From contig NZ_JAQNDL010000003.1 of NCBI RefSeq assembly GCF_028368995.1, positions 2,400,001 to 2,464,000 of the forward strand: a DNA stretch of 64,000 nt. The letters run 5' to 3'. The notes under the pieces were generated by a model. It was not told where the DNA came from, searched no databases, and was given only the letters and a program-made list of their open reading frames with translations. The stretch is from Nannocystis bainbridge (GTDB taxonomy: Bacteria; Myxococcota_A; Polyangia; Nannocystales; Nannocystaceae). The position numbers were made by a program, and so were the translations under genes. Below, in pieces: positions 19,406 through 32,800 of the stretch (position 1 is its first letter; the number at the start of each line of letters is the position of its first letter).

Positions 19406-20059
19406 ATGCCTCGGCCGCACAGCCCCGAACTCTGCCTCGTGATCGGCGACCAGCGCAAGTCGTCGTGGAGCCTCCGCCCGTGGCTCGCCCTGCGGGCCAC
19501 CGGTTATCCATTTCGCGAGCGCAAGATCCTCCTCGATCGCGACACCACCCGCGCCGAGCTCGAGGCCGCCTCGCCGACCGCCCGTGTGCCGGTGCTCCTC
19601 GACGGCGAGCTCGCGATCTGGGAGTCGCTGGCGATCTGCGAGACGCTGGCCGAGTGGTTCCCGCAGTCCGGGCTCTGGCCCGCGGACCCCGGTGTCCGCG
19701 CGCAGGCGCGCAGCGCGGCGACCGAGATGCACGGCGGCTTCGCCAACCTGAGGCACGAGATGCCGATGGACCTGACGCTGCGCACGCGGGTCACGCCGTC
19801 GCCGGCGACGCAGCTCGAGATCGATCGCATCTGCGCGCTGTGGCGCGACTGTCGGGCTCGCTTCGGGGCCGGCGGCGACATGCTCTTTGGGACATGGACG
19901 ATCGCCGACTGCATGTACGCCCCGGTCGCTACCCGCTTCCGCAGCTACGGCGTGGCCCTCGACCCGGTGTGCGCCGCGTACGTCGACGCGGTCCTCGCCA
20001 CCCGGGACATGCGCGCCTGGGCCGAGGCCGCCGCGCGCGAGGCCGCCGAGCTCGCGTGA
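19406..20059 (+). CDS. Glutathione S-transferase family protein
   Basis: SSWSLRPWLAL, SPTARVPVL, WESLAICE, TIADCMYAP. Confidence 0.92.
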   Translation: MPRPHSPELCLVIGDQRKSSWSLRPWLALRATGYPFRERKILLDRDTTRAELEAASPTARVPVLLDGELAIWESLAICETLAEWFPQSGLWPADPGVRAQARSAATEMHGGFANLRHEMPMDLTLRTRVTPSPATQLEIDRICALWRDCRARFGAGGDMLFGTWTIADCMYAPVATRFRSYGVALDPVCAAYVDAVLATRDMRAWAEAAAREAAELA

Positions 20060-20186
20060 GCGCAGGCCGGCGCGCGCCCGTCCGCGGGCCTGCGCGGGCG
20101 ACCCGGCGGGCTCGACCGTGACGCCGCGGCTTGCACGGCGCCGCGACAGGGACCAAGCACATGGCGCCGCGCGGCAGAGAGGTGTC

Positions 20187-21005
20187 ATGCTCGACAAGCT
20201 CCGAAATTTGCGTCGCCAACTCGGCGACCGGAACGATTGGCCTGATGAAGTCAACGTGCACCCGCTCGAGCGCGCCGCCTCGCTGGTCGGCGCCGTCGGC
20301 TGCCTGGCGCTCGCCGTGGTGCGGCGCAACTGGGGCAGCGTGCCCGTCATCGCCCTCGGCGGCGCCCTGCTCCACCGGGCGCTGACCGGCCACAGCCCGC
20401 TCTACGCCCGCCTCAAGGTCAGCACCGCCCACGGCGTGCGCGGCCCGAGCGCCAGCGTGCCGCACGGCCAGGGCGTCAAGCTGCTGCACACCCTCACCGT
20501 GCGCCAGCCGCCCGAGCGCGTGTACCGGTTCTGGCGCGAGCTCGACAACCTGCCGCGCTTCATGCAGCACCTCGAGTCGGTCGTCGTGCTCGACGAACGC
20601 CGCTCGCGCTGGCGCGTGCGCGGGCCCGCAGACATCAGCGTGTCGTGGGACGCCGAGATCATCAACGACGTCCCGGGCGAGCTGATCGCCTGGCGCTCGC
20701 TCGAGGGCGCCGAGGTGGCCAACGCCGGCTCGGTCCGCTTCGAGCGCGGCGTCGGCGGCCACACCACCCGGATCACCGTCACGCTCGAGTACCACCCGCC
20801 CGCCGGCGTGATCGGCAACATGGTGGCGAGCGCGCTCGGGGCCAACCCGCAGAAGCAGATCGAGTCCGACCTGCAGCGCTTCAAGGAGCTGCTCGAGACC
20901 AATGTCCCGCACGCCGGCGCGTCCCAGCGCGGCCGCCTGCGCGACGTGAAGGACCTCGAGACCGCCCGCCAGGTGCTGCAGCTCGACGACCTGACCAAGA
21001 ACTGA
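20187..21005 (+). CDS. SRPBCC (polyketide cyclase-like) protein with N-terminal YgaP/DUF2892-like membrane segment
   Basis: NVHPLERAASL...TGHSPLY; VYRFWRELDNLPRFM, WDAEI, NAGSVRF. Confidence 0.88.
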   Translation: MLDKLRNLRRQLGDRNDWPDEVNVHPLERAASLVGAVGCLALAVVRRNWGSVPVIALGGALLHRALTGHSPLYARLKVSTAHGVRGPSASVPHGQGVKLLHTLTVRQPPERVYRFWRELDNLPRFMQHLESVVVLDERRSRWRVRGPADISVSWDAEIINDVPGELIAWRSLEGAEVANAGSVRFERGVGGHTTRITVTLEYHPPAGVIGNMVASALGANPQKQIESDLQRFKELLETNVPHAGASQRGRLRDVKDLETARQVLQLDDLTKN

Positions 21006-21019
21006 GCCCGCAGCGATGA

Positions 21020-21105
21020 TGTTCTGGAGGACATGCCCGCACGGGCATGTCCTCTTCGACATTTCTCGAATGACATGTCCTCGGGGACATGCCCCGAAAA
21101 GGACA
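21020..21105. repeat. Tandem array of six 14-bp palindromic units
   Basis: tgttctggaggaca / tgcccgcacgggca / tgtcctcttcgaca / tttctcgaatgaca / tgtcctcggggaca / tgccccgaaaaggaca (last unit 16 bp); convergent junction. Confidence 0.9.
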
Positions 21106-21108
21106 CGC

Positions 21109-21513
21109 TCAATCCTCGCGCCGGGCCCCGACCGCGCCGCCGAGCCAGCCCGGGAGCAGGCAGGCCAGCGGGGTGACGAGCACGAGCCAGGCGGGGTGCG
21201 GGATGGCCCACAGATTCATCCCGGCGGCGACCAGGATCACCGCGCCGACGACGACGCCGAAGCGGCGAGTCCGACGACCGGCGGCGGCCGCCGCGGCCAT
21301 GGCACCGCCGCAGAAGGCGCCCGCGGCCCAGGCCAGCGGCACGAACGCGAGCGCCAGGCAGGGCGCGTCCGCGAAGTAGGCGCGGATGGCCCTCGCGTCG
21401 TCCAGGCGCAGGTCGGCGGGCAGCGGATACAGGGAGTGGCCGACGAGCTCGACGAGCGAGATCGCCAGCACGGCGACCACGACCCCGAGGACCACCGCGA
21501 GCAGGTTACGCAT
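21109..21513 (-). CDS. Small multi-pass membrane protein
   Basis: Four hydrophobic segments; LYPLP and IPHPAW motifs. Confidence 0.8.
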   Translation of the reverse strand: MRNLLAVVLGVVVAVLAISLVELVGHSLYPLPADLRLDDARAIRAYFADAPCLALAFVPLAWAAGAFCGGAMAAAAAAGRRTRRFGVVVGAVILVAAGMNLWAIPHPAWLVLVTPLACLLPGWLGGAVGARRED

Positions 21514-21591
21514 GGCCCGGAAGCTAGTCCCGGGCCCTGCGCGCAGCAACGACCGGCCCGGCGACCTGGCGCCGGACATGCGCCCCGCCAC

Positions 21592-24711
<3,120 letters not shown>

Positions 24712-24822
24712 GGGGCGGGCCGTGCGCGGGCAAAGGGTACGGGCGAGGCTCGCCCGTGTCCACGCGCCATGATCGCAGAAGAAAGGCGGTAACTGACACG
24801 CCCCGCTGGTACTGTCGCCGCC

Positions 24823-25758
24823 GTGAAGGCCGCTCTCGTGCGTCCGCCCCCGTCCGGCCCCGCCGGCCGCGTCGTCGTCGTGGCTCCGTCCGGCCCCGCC
24901 CCCGAGCCCAGGCTCGCCGATGGCCTGGCTGTCCTGCGCGCCCTGGGCATCGGTGAGATCTCGCTCGCGGCCAACCTGGGCGTGAAGACCGGCTATTTCG
25001 CCGGCGAAGACGCGGTCCGCCGGGATGCGCTGCAAGCGGCGCTCGACGACCCGGAGGTGACGGCGATCGTGTGCGCGCGCGGCGGCTACGGCCTGACCCG
25101 CCTGCTGCCGCTCCTGCGCGCGGAGCGATTTCAGGCCGCGCCCAAGCTGCTGGTCGGCTTCTCCGACGCGACGGCGCTGCTGTGCTGGGGCCTCCGCGCC
25201 GGCGTCTGCGGGGTGCACGGGCCGGTGGTGACGCAGCTCTCCTCGCTGCCGCCAGCCGACGCCGGGCGCCTGGCCGCGCTGCTGCGCGGCGAACTCCCCG
25301 CAGCGCTCACCGGCGACGAGGGCGTGGGCGAGGCCCGCGTGGCGGCGCCGCTGGTGCCGGCCAACCTCGAGGTGCTGCGCTCGCTGATCGGCACACCATG
25401 GCTGCCCGCGCTGGCAGGGACGATCGTGGCGCTCGAGGAGATCGGGGAGCGACCGTATCGCATCGACCGCGCGCTGACGCAGCTGATCACCAGCGGGGCG
25501 TTCGCGGGGGTCCGTGGGTTTGCGATCGGGCAGCTTTATGCGTGCGACGAGCCCGCGAGCGGCAACCCCCACAGCCCGGACGCACGAACGGTGGTGCGCG
25601 AGCGCCTGCAGTCGCTCGGAGTGCCGCTGGTGTTCGGCTTGCCCTTCGGACACCAGCCGCACGAACACGCGGCCCTGCCCTGCGGCTCCCGCGTCGAGCT
25701 CGACCCCGGCCGCGCGACGCTGTCACTGCTCGAGCCAGTCGCGGCGCGCGCGGGCTGA
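24823..25758 (+). CDS. ldcA: LD-carboxypeptidase (peptidase S66)
   Basis: APSG, ARGGYG, GFSDAT (Ser), [13 protein letters not shown] (Glu), FGH (His). Confidence 0.9.
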   Translation: MKAALVRPPPSGPAGRVVVVAPSGPAPEPRLADGLAVLRALGIGEISLAANLGVKTGYFAGEDAVRRDALQAALDDPEVTAIVCARGGYGLTRLLPLLRAERFQAAPKLLVGFSDATALLCWGLRAGVCGVHGPVVTQLSSLPPADAGRLAALLRGELPAALTGDEGVGEARVAAPLVPANLEVLRSLIGTPWLPALAGTIVALEEIGERPYRIDRALTQLITSGAFAGVRGFAIGQLYACDEPASGNPHSPDARTVVRERLQSLGVPLVFGLPFGHQPHEHAALPCGSRVELDPGRATLSLLEPVAARAG

Positions 25759-25883
25759 GGCCGGCGAGGCTGTCCCAGCGCGCAGGCTGAGGCGCGTCAC
25801 GCGAGGCTGTCGCGGCCGAGCAGGACGCATGGGCGTCGCCGAGGCACCTCGGCGATGCGCCACTGTCACTGCTCGAGCCAGTC
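25720..25883 (+). repeat. 21-bp direct repeat duplicating the 3' end of the LD-carboxypeptidase gene
   Basis: ctgtcactgctcgagccagtc at 25720-25740 and 25863-25883. Confidence 0.8.
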
Positions 25884-25901
25884 ACGCGCGCAGGCCGAGA
25901 A

Positions 25902-26567
25902 TCACCGGCCGAGCAGGTGATCGAGCATCACCCGGGCCTCGGCGCTGGTGGTGACGGCCCCGAGAGTGATCTCGAGCTCGCCGCCGGTCAGCGGCTCGCG
26001 CATCACCGGCGCCATCAAGACCTCGTCGTCCTGGACGACGGCCAGGCGCCGACCCACCTGTGCAGCAGTGAGGCTGGCGAGGCGCCCGACGTCCTCGCTC
26101 AACAGGCGCACGCGGATCCGCTGCCGACCCTCAGCATCCTGGCTGAGCAGCGCGGAGCCCAGCTTGCGCAAGGCGAGGCCGCCGGCCTCGACGCAGTGCA
26201 TGCGCCAGTAGGTCCGCCCGTCGTCGCGCAGGCGCTCGTAGCCGAACGCATGACCGGCGGGCGGCGCGAGCTCGGGGTGGGTGCGGATGTAGTCCTCGAG
26301 GACATGTTTCTCGGGACCTGTCACAAAGGTCTCGTGGACCGCGGGCCCCTGACCGTCGCCTACGAGGGGGACCTCGCCGACGTCGAGCCCCGCCTGCGGA
26401 TCGGCGCGGACGGCCGCGACGACCCGCTGCAGCGCGCCCCGCGGATCGTCGACCGGGGTCAGCACGAGCGGCCGCTTGAGCTCGAGCTCGGGCGTCGTCG
26501 CGGTGCAGCCGGGCACGAAGGCCGCAGGTGCGAGCGCGAACGCGAGGACGATCAGCGAGCGGAGCAT
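25902..26567 (-). CDS. Lipoprotein with SecDF P1-head-like domain
   Basis: Signal ending VPGC; LTAAQVGRRLAVVQDDEVLMAPVMREPLTGGELEI resembles the SecD P1 head. Confidence 0.7.
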   Translation of the reverse strand: MLRSLIVLAFALAPAAFVPGCTATTPELELKRPLVLTPVDDPRGALQRVVAAVRADPQAGLDVGEVPLVGDGQGPAVHETFVTGPEKHVLEDYIRTHPELAPPAGHAFGYERLRDDGRTYWRMHCVEAGGLALRKLGSALLSQDAEGRQRIRVRLLSEDVGRLASLTAAQVGRRLAVVQDDEVLMAPVMREPLTGGELEITLGAVTTSAEARVMLDHLLGR

Positions 26568-26670
26568 GCCCCCCACGATAGCGGGTCCAGCAGCGCGAGA
26601 GGGAGCGTCCGCGATGAGAGGGCTGTCGCGAGGATCGGGCGGCGGTCCGCCACGAACTCAGCGCCGCGAT

Positions 26671-27288
26671 TCACGGGCCCGGCAGCAGGCCGGCGCCGCG
26701 CAGCAGGCGAGCCACGGCGAGCAGCGGGAGGCCGATGATGCCGGTGTAGTCGGCGCCGTCGATGCGAGTGAACAGCTTGATGCCCGCGTCCTCGATGCGG
26801 AAGCTGCCGGCGCAGTCGAGCGGCTGGTAGCGACGCACGTAGTCGGCGGCCTCTTGCTCGCCGTAGGCGCGCATGGTCAAGGTCTGGACGTCGACGGCGG
26901 TGGCAGCCTCGCCGGTGGCGGCGTCGAGCAGGACCACGCCGGTGACCAGGCGAAACGTGGCCCCCGACAGGCGCATGAGCTGAGCGATCGCCTGGTCTTC
27001 GGTACCTGGCTTATGGAGCAGGTCAGGCCCGGGGCCGACGGCGACCTGGTCGGCCCCGAGGATCCACGCGTCCGGGTTTGTCGCCCGTAAACTCTCGGCC
27101 TTCCCCAGGGCGAGCCTGAGGGCGAAGGCCTCGGCGCCGATCTCGCTGAACCAGGGATCTTCCTGGCGCTCGTCAAATGCAGGGGCTGCGGTGAAGAAAG
27201 CCACATCCAGGCGGCTCAGGAGCTCGCGCCGATAGCGCGAGGTCGAGGCCAGAACCAGGTTCCGCTGCGAATTTTGCGAATCTCTCAT
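26671..27288 (-). CDS. maf: Maf-family nucleoside triphosphate pyrophosphatase
   Basis: LVLASTSRYRRELL, KA, GADQ, KPG, CAGSF, IIGLPL. Confidence 0.93.
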   Translation of the reverse strand: MRDSQNSQRNLVLASTSRYRRELLSRLDVAFFTAAPAFDERQEDPWFSEIGAEAFALRLALGKAESLRATNPDAWILGADQVAVGPGPDLLHKPGTEDQAIAQLMRLSGATFRLVTGVVLLDAATGEAATAVDVQTLTMRAYGEQEAADYVRRYQPLDCAGSFRIEDAGIKLFTRIDGADYTGIIGLPLLAVARLLRGAGLLPGP

Positions 27289-27318
27289 GGCAAAGCGGGC
27301 TAAGGGCGGACGAGCGAG

Positions 27319-27358
27319 TTGACCAAAGGTGATGATTTCTTCATATTCAATACCGGAG
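27319..27358 (+). promoter_or_regulatory. Putative sigma70-type promoter and RBS for the winged-helix gene
   Basis: TTGACC (27319)-17 bp-CATATT (27342) in an AT-rich tract; GGAG at 27355 before GTG 27366. Confidence 0.5.
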
Positions 27359-27365
27359 ACTAATT

Positions 27366-27695
27366 GTGCCCGATAGGCCCTCGGAGTGGACGTTTCTGAC
27401 CAATCACGCGCACGTGCTCTTCTGCGTGGCGCAGGACCCGGAGATCCGTCTGCGCGACGTCGCAGAGGCCGTCGGCATCACCGAGCGAGCGGTGCAGCGG
27501 ATCGTCACCGAGCTCGAGGAGTCAGGGTACATCACCCGTCAGCGAAGCGGACGTCGCAACTTGTACGTCGTGCACAAGGACCTGCCGCTGCGTCACCGCA
27601 TCGAGGCGCACCGGCAAGTGAGCGACCTGATCGGGCTCATCGTGCCCGAGGTCATTTCCCGCGCTTCTTCTTCTTCTTCACCGGCTTCTTCTTGA
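27366..27695 (+). CDS. Small winged-helix transcriptional regulator (MarR/ArsR-like)
   Basis: WTFLTNHAHVL...RLRDVAEAVGITERAVQRIVTELEESGY...GRRNLY; 3' end overlaps the convergent kinase by 44 bp. Confidence 0.88.
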   Translation: MPDRPSEWTFLTNHAHVLFCVAQDPEIRLRDVAEAVGITERAVQRIVTELEESGYITRQRSGRRNLYVVHKDLPLRHRIEAHRQVSDLIGLIVPEVISRASSSSSPASS

Positions 27696-29607
27696 CCGCC
27701 TTGGCCGGGGCGAAGGCCTCGGGGAAGCGGCCGGCGTACTCGGTGCGGACGGTGGCCAGCAGCGCGGCGGCCTGGTCGCAAGCCGGGTTCGCCGGGGCGC
27801 CGGCGGCCACGGTCGGCGGCAGGGCCGCCTTGAGCGCCGGGACGTAGTCGGCCAGCGGCTCGGCCTGGATCGCCTGCAGGACCGGCACGGCGGCGGCGCA
27901 CGGGTCGGGCGCCTCGCCGTACTGCTCGAGGTCGCGGCGGCGGTTGAGCGCGAGGTCGACCTGGGCCGCGGCGTCGGCCGGGAGGGCGTCGCGGATCAGC
28001 CGGCGCTGGGCCCAGGTGGCCCACGGCTTGGCGTCGTTGATGTAGTGGACGAGGATCGGCACGCCGGCGGCGCCGAGGTCGACCGCCAGCGCGATCGCGG
28101 CGTCGGTGAACGGCCGCTTGCGCAGCAGGACGTCGACCTCGTCGATGAAGCCGAGGTCGCGCTCGAGGTCGGGCGATTTCTTCAGCACCTCGCCGTAACG
28201 CCGCACCGCCGCCTCGTGCATGGTCGCCCGCTTGGCCAGCTGCCGGGCGTCGCGCCACACCAGCTGCGAGTGGCCAGGGTGACGCTCGAGCAGGGCGTCG
28301 ATCTGGGTCTGCGCCTCGTCGAGCTTGCCCTGCTTGATCAGGTCGTCGAGCGTCGCGAGCTCGAGCTCGGACGGACCTGTCGTTTGCGACATGGCCGAAG
28401 GGACATCCCCTGCGGTACCCGCCTTGGGCGCGTCGGTGCCCGGCCCGGCCTCGCCGGCGGTGGCCGCGGGCGCGTCGGGGCCGGCGGGCGCGGCGGGGCC
28501 GTCGCCCGAGAACAGCCAGTAGAGCAGCCCGGCCGAGGCGACCGCGAGCACGATGCAGCCGGCGATCAGCGCCTTGAACCGCGTGCGGCGGGACCAGCGG
28601 TCGGTCTGCAGCACCGACTCGACGAAGTCGATCTGGCGCGGGCGCAGGGCCTCGGGCAGCGGGCGGCTGGCGGTGTCGGTGCCGGCCACGGCGCCGATGT
28701 CGAGCAGCGGGTCGGAGGTGTCGCCGCGGCCCTTGTGCGACATGTTGCTGCGGTAGCGCTCGAGCGCGGCGCGCACGGTGCGGGCGTCGGGGAACCGCTG
28801 CTCGCGCTGCTTGGCCAGCAGGCGGTAGACGATCGCCGCCAGCTCCTGCGGCACGTTGTCGGGGAGCTGCGGCGTCTCGGTGCTGACCTGCATGCGGATC
28901 AGCGCGATCGCGTCCTCGTGGTTGAAGGGCAGCCGGCCCGTCAACATCTGGAACATCAGGATACCGACGGCGTAGAGGTCGGCGCGTGGGTCGATCTCGA
29001 GGCCGAGCGCCTGCTCGGGGCTCATGTACTGCGGGGTGCCGAACACCATACCGGCGCGCGTGAGCGGGTCGCCGGCGTCGCTGCCGACCAGCTTGGCGAT
29101 GCCGAAGTCGACCAGCTTGAGCAGCGGCGCGCCGTGCTTGTCGCGGGTGAGGAACACGTTCTGCGGCTTGAGGTCGCGGTGGATCACGCCCTGGCCGTGG
29201 GCGTGCTCGAGGCCTCGCAAGATCTGGATCGACCACTCCACGACCCGCTTCGGCGCCGTCGGCTCGGTCAGCAGGTCGGCCAGCTCGACGCCCTCGAGCA
29301 GCTGCATCACGAGGTAGCGCATGCCGTCCTCGGTGGTGCCGTAGGCCGACACGTGGATGCAGTTGGGGTGGTCGAGGCGGGCCGCGCTCTGGGCCTCGCG
29401 GTCGAACCGCCGCACCAGCTCGGGGTCGCGGTTGAAGTCCGGGTGCAGGATCTTGATCGCGACGTCCCGCATCATGATGACGTGGCGGCCGCGGAACACC
29501 GCGCCCATGCCTCCCTCACCGATCAGCTGGTCGAGCCGGTAGGTGCCGTCGAGGACGGTGCCGACCAGCGACGCGAGGTCGCGAGCGATGCCAGCCGCAG
29601 CGGTCAT
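27652..29607 (-). CDS. Membrane Ser/Thr protein kinase with helical extracytoplasmic domain
   Basis: GEGGMG, VAIK, HRDLKPQN, DFG, GTPQYMSPEQ; TM segment ALIAGCIVLAVASAGLLYWLF. Confidence 0.93.
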   Translation of the reverse strand: MTAAAGIARDLASLVGTVLDGTYRLDQLIGEGGMGAVFRGRHVIMMRDVAIKILHPDFNRDPELVRRFDREAQSAARLDHPNCIHVSAYGTTEDGMRYLVMQLLEGVELADLLTEPTAPKRVVEWSIQILRGLEHAHGQGVIHRDLKPQNVFLTRDKHGAPLLKLVDFGIAKLVGSDAGDPLTRAGMVFGTPQYMSPEQALGLEIDPRADLYAVGILMFQMLTGRLPFNHEDAIALIRMQVSTETPQLPDNVPQELAAIVYRLLAKQREQRFPDARTVRAALERYRSNMSHKGRGDTSDPLLDIGAVAGTDTASRPLPEALRPRQIDFVESVLQTDRWSRRTRFKALIAGCIVLAVASAGLLYWLFSGDGPAAPAGPDAPAATAGEAGPGTDAPKAGTAGDVPSAMSQTTGPSELELATLDDLIKQGKLDEAQTQIDALLERHPGHSQLVWRDARQLAKRATMHEAAVRRYGEVLKKSPDLERDLGFIDEVDVLLRKRPFTDAAIALAVDLGAAGVPILVHYINDAKPWATWAQRRLIRDALPADAAAQVDLALNRRRDLEQYGEAPDPCAAAVPVLQAIQAEPLADYVPALKAALPPTVAAGAPANPACDQAAALLATVRTEYAGRFPEAFAPAKAVKKKPVKKKKKRGK

Positions 29608-29708
29608 GTCGGCGCCTGGACTCGAAAGTCGCCGCGTAGTCTAAGGGTGGGGGTCATGAGGCGGCCTCGAGGGCTCGAGGCAACACGGACATTAATGCAG
29701 GCCCGGAG

Positions 29709-29789
29709 GGCCGGGAAGCGGAAATCTGCAGGCCCGGCCGGGAAGCGGAAATCTGCGGGCCCGGCCGGGAGGCGGAAATCCGCGGGCCC
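29709..29789. repeat. 27-bp intergenic tandem repeat x3
   Basis: ggccgggaagcggaaatctgcaggccc / ...ctgcgggccc / ggccgggaggcggaaatccgcgggccc. Confidence 0.9.
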
Positions 29790-29821
29790 GGGAGGTCACG
29801 GGGCAGCGCGCGCCGCCGGCG

Positions 29822-32800
29822 TCAGCGCAGGGGCTTGGTCCGCACCGTGTCCTGGTCGGGGGAGACGGTCTGCGAGTCGTCCTCGTCGGGGGTCTCGATG
29901 AAGCTCGTGCCGCGGTCGCGCTCGATGCGGCTGAGCGCCTCCTGAGCCCACTGCGCGAGGCTGAGCTCATTGGTCGAGTGGAAGTCCGCCAGCATCTCCT
30001 CGAGCTCGCGGCGCGCTCTCGGGCTCTGCCCGAGCATGTGCGCGACTTCGGCGTCGAGGAGGCGCAGCTGATGGTGGGCGAACTGCTCGTTCTGGATGGT
30101 CTGGATGCCTCGCCGCGCCTCGGCGAGCATCGCGGCGCCCTCCTCGACCTCGCCCATGCGCGCGAGCGTGTAGCCGAGGAAGCCGCGGTTGAGGTGCAGG
30201 TGGTAGGCAAAGCCGTGCAGGCCGGCGAAGCGCAGGGCCTCGCGGAAGCTCTCGGACGCGCCCTCGAGGTCACCGCTGCGGAGGAGCAGGTCGCCGAGGT
30301 TGTGGAGCGGGTTGATGAGCATGCGCGTGACCCCTGCAGCGCGCAATTGCTCCAGGGCGGCACGGGTCTCCGGAATCGCCCTTTCGGGTTCGTTGCCGAG
30401 CACCGCGAGGTAGGCGATGCCGGAGATATAGGCCTGGCGCTGCAGCACCGACACGCGCTCGGCGAGCAGCTTGGCCTCGTCGTGCAGGCGGCGGGCCTCG
30501 GCCAATTGTCCGGCGAGCGAGAGGCAGCGCAGGCGCGTGCCGACGACGTGACAGACGTAGTGATCCTGCGCGTCGGGGAGGTCGAGGATCTCCATCGCCT
30601 CTTTGGAGCAGCGGACCGCGCCGTCGATCTCGCCGGCGCCGAGCAAGATCTCGGCGCGGCGGTTGGCGATGCGCAGCTCGAGGATGCGGTCGCGCGCCTG
30701 CTTGGCCGCGATCGCGGCGTTCTGCAGGCGCCCGAGCGCCATCTCGGCGTCGGAGCCGCCGTCGAGGGTGTAGCGGTCGACGAGGCCGAGCCAGAACACC
30801 GCCTGGGCCCGATGGTCGCCGAGCAGCTCGGCGACGAGGATGCCGGCCTCGTGCTGCGCGGCCTCGCGGCGCGGGTCGTTGAGCGCGCCCGGGGCCCGCT
30901 CGACCAGGTTGAGCTGGGCCCGCAGCAGGCGCGGCAGGCCCTGGACGCGGCCGAACTTGCGGAGGCGGATGATGACCCGCTCGAGCACCTGGGCGGCGAG
31001 GTTCGGCTGGCCGCCGGCGAACAGGTCCTCGGCGGCCTTCTCGAGCTCGCTGAGGTACTCGAGCCCGTCGGCGGCGGCGTCGAGCAGGCGGGCGCGCAGG
31101 AACACGAACTGCGGGTCGACGGTGGCCTGCTCGGCGATCCGCTCGGCCAGCTCGAGGCGGGTCTCGGACAGCGAGTCCTCGTAGCGGATCCGGACCGCCT
31201 CGCGCACGCTCGCGTGGGCCAGCACGACCTGCGAGGCGCCGGTGATGGCGCTGCGCAGGATGAGGCTCTCGCCCTCGAGCCGCTCGAGCGTGCGGCGGAA
31301 CCGTTCGCGCCGCAGGTCGGTGAGGTGGGCCAGGCGCTCCTCGTCGATCGGCGCCTCGATCAGGTAGAGGATGCTGGCGACCTCCCAGGCCGACACGCCG
31401 AGCGCGTCGAGGCGGGCCTCGCTGCGCTGGGCCAGGGTCTTGTGCAGCTGCTCGGCGGCGGCCGAGGCGGAGCGCAGGACCCAGGTGTCGTTGTCGCGGA
31501 CGAGGATCGACTCCTCGATCAGCACGCGCAGGGTCTCGCGGAAGCTCAGCGGGTGGCCGCCGGTGAGCTTGTCGAGCATGGTGACGAGCTCGCGCAGCGC
31601 CGGCGCGTCGCCGAGGATGCCCTTGAGGACCTCCAGCATCTCCTTCTGCGTGAACGGGCGCAGGTTCCACAGCTCGACCAGCTGCTCGCGGCTCAGCGCG
31701 ACCAGCTGCGGGCGGAACTTGGGGTGCGGCTCGGTGGTGATGCAGAGCAGCGCGCGGGCCTCGTTGTGGTCGATCGCGCGGGTGAGCTGCTCGACCAGGG
31801 CCCGGGTCGTCTCTGTCCCTCGGGCCAGGTCGCTGAGGTAGAGCACGAAGGGGTGCTCGCTGGCGCAGCGGACCAAAAACTCGGTCAGCTGGGCGGCCGC
31901 CGACGACTCGTGGCTGCGGTCGCGGGCGGCGCGGATGAGCTCGGGGTACTTGCGGACGGCCTCGCTGCGCTCGCCGAGCGCGGTCGCCAGCTGCAGCACG
32001 ACCGGCGCGAACGGGCCGAGGCCCTCGCCGTCGCCGGTCCAGCACGAGCCCTCGACGAACAGCCCGTCGCCGAGCTGGATCTCCCGCCGCAGCTCGCTCA
32101 GCAGGCGGGTCTTGCCCATGCCCTCCGGCGCCTCGACGATCACGGTGCGGATCACCCGGCTGACGCTCTTGTTGCGCGCGGTGTCGGGGCGCAACACGTC
32201 GTGGGCGCGCAGCAGCAGGATGTCGAGGTAGTCGGCGCGGTCGACGAACGGCAGCAGCTCGACGAGGACGCGCGCGAACTCGCGGCGGTCCTGGGCCGAC
32301 TTCTGGCGGTCGCGGATGTGGCTCGACTCGCGCCGCAGCAGCTCGAGCACGATGCTGCGGGCGCTCTGCGGCCGCAGCTCCGGGTCGGGCGAGAGCATGC
32401 GGCCGACCAGCTCGGCCACCACCGGGCCGCACTGCTGCAGCAGCGCGCCGGCCAGCTCGGGGCGCCAGTCGATCGCGTTGCGCAGCGCCTCTTTGAAGGT
32501 GCGCGAGGGGAACGGCCGCACGCCGCGGACCGCCGTGTAGATCGTCGCGGCCAGCGAGTAGATGTCGGCGCGGCTGTCGATGACCTCGCCGCGGACCTTC
32601 TCCGGCGCGCTGAAGCCGGGGGTGCCGCGGACCTTGATCAGCTCCTCGCTGTCGTCGAGCTGGTCGAGCGCGAGGTCCTTGAGCTTGCGGTGGTGCCGGA
32701 ACAGGCGCGCGAGGCCGAAGTCGATCAGCTTGGCCTGCGGCTGACCGCCGTCGACGTCGGGCGGGCAGACGATGACGTTGCTCGGCTTGATGTCGCCGTG

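Noticed and set aside
24712-25668. 319-aa N-terminal extension of SecA in the ORF track
   Set aside because: It is the antisense of the LD-carboxypeptidase gene; the canonical SecA N-terminus begins at 24711. Similar false extensions affect ORFs 51868-55203, 57902-60721 and 62109-63491.
27366-27695. Winged-helix or XRE (8191-8913) regulator as the binder of the 14-bp palindrome
   Set aside because: Neither has the motif in its own promoter region, and nothing in the sequence links them to it.
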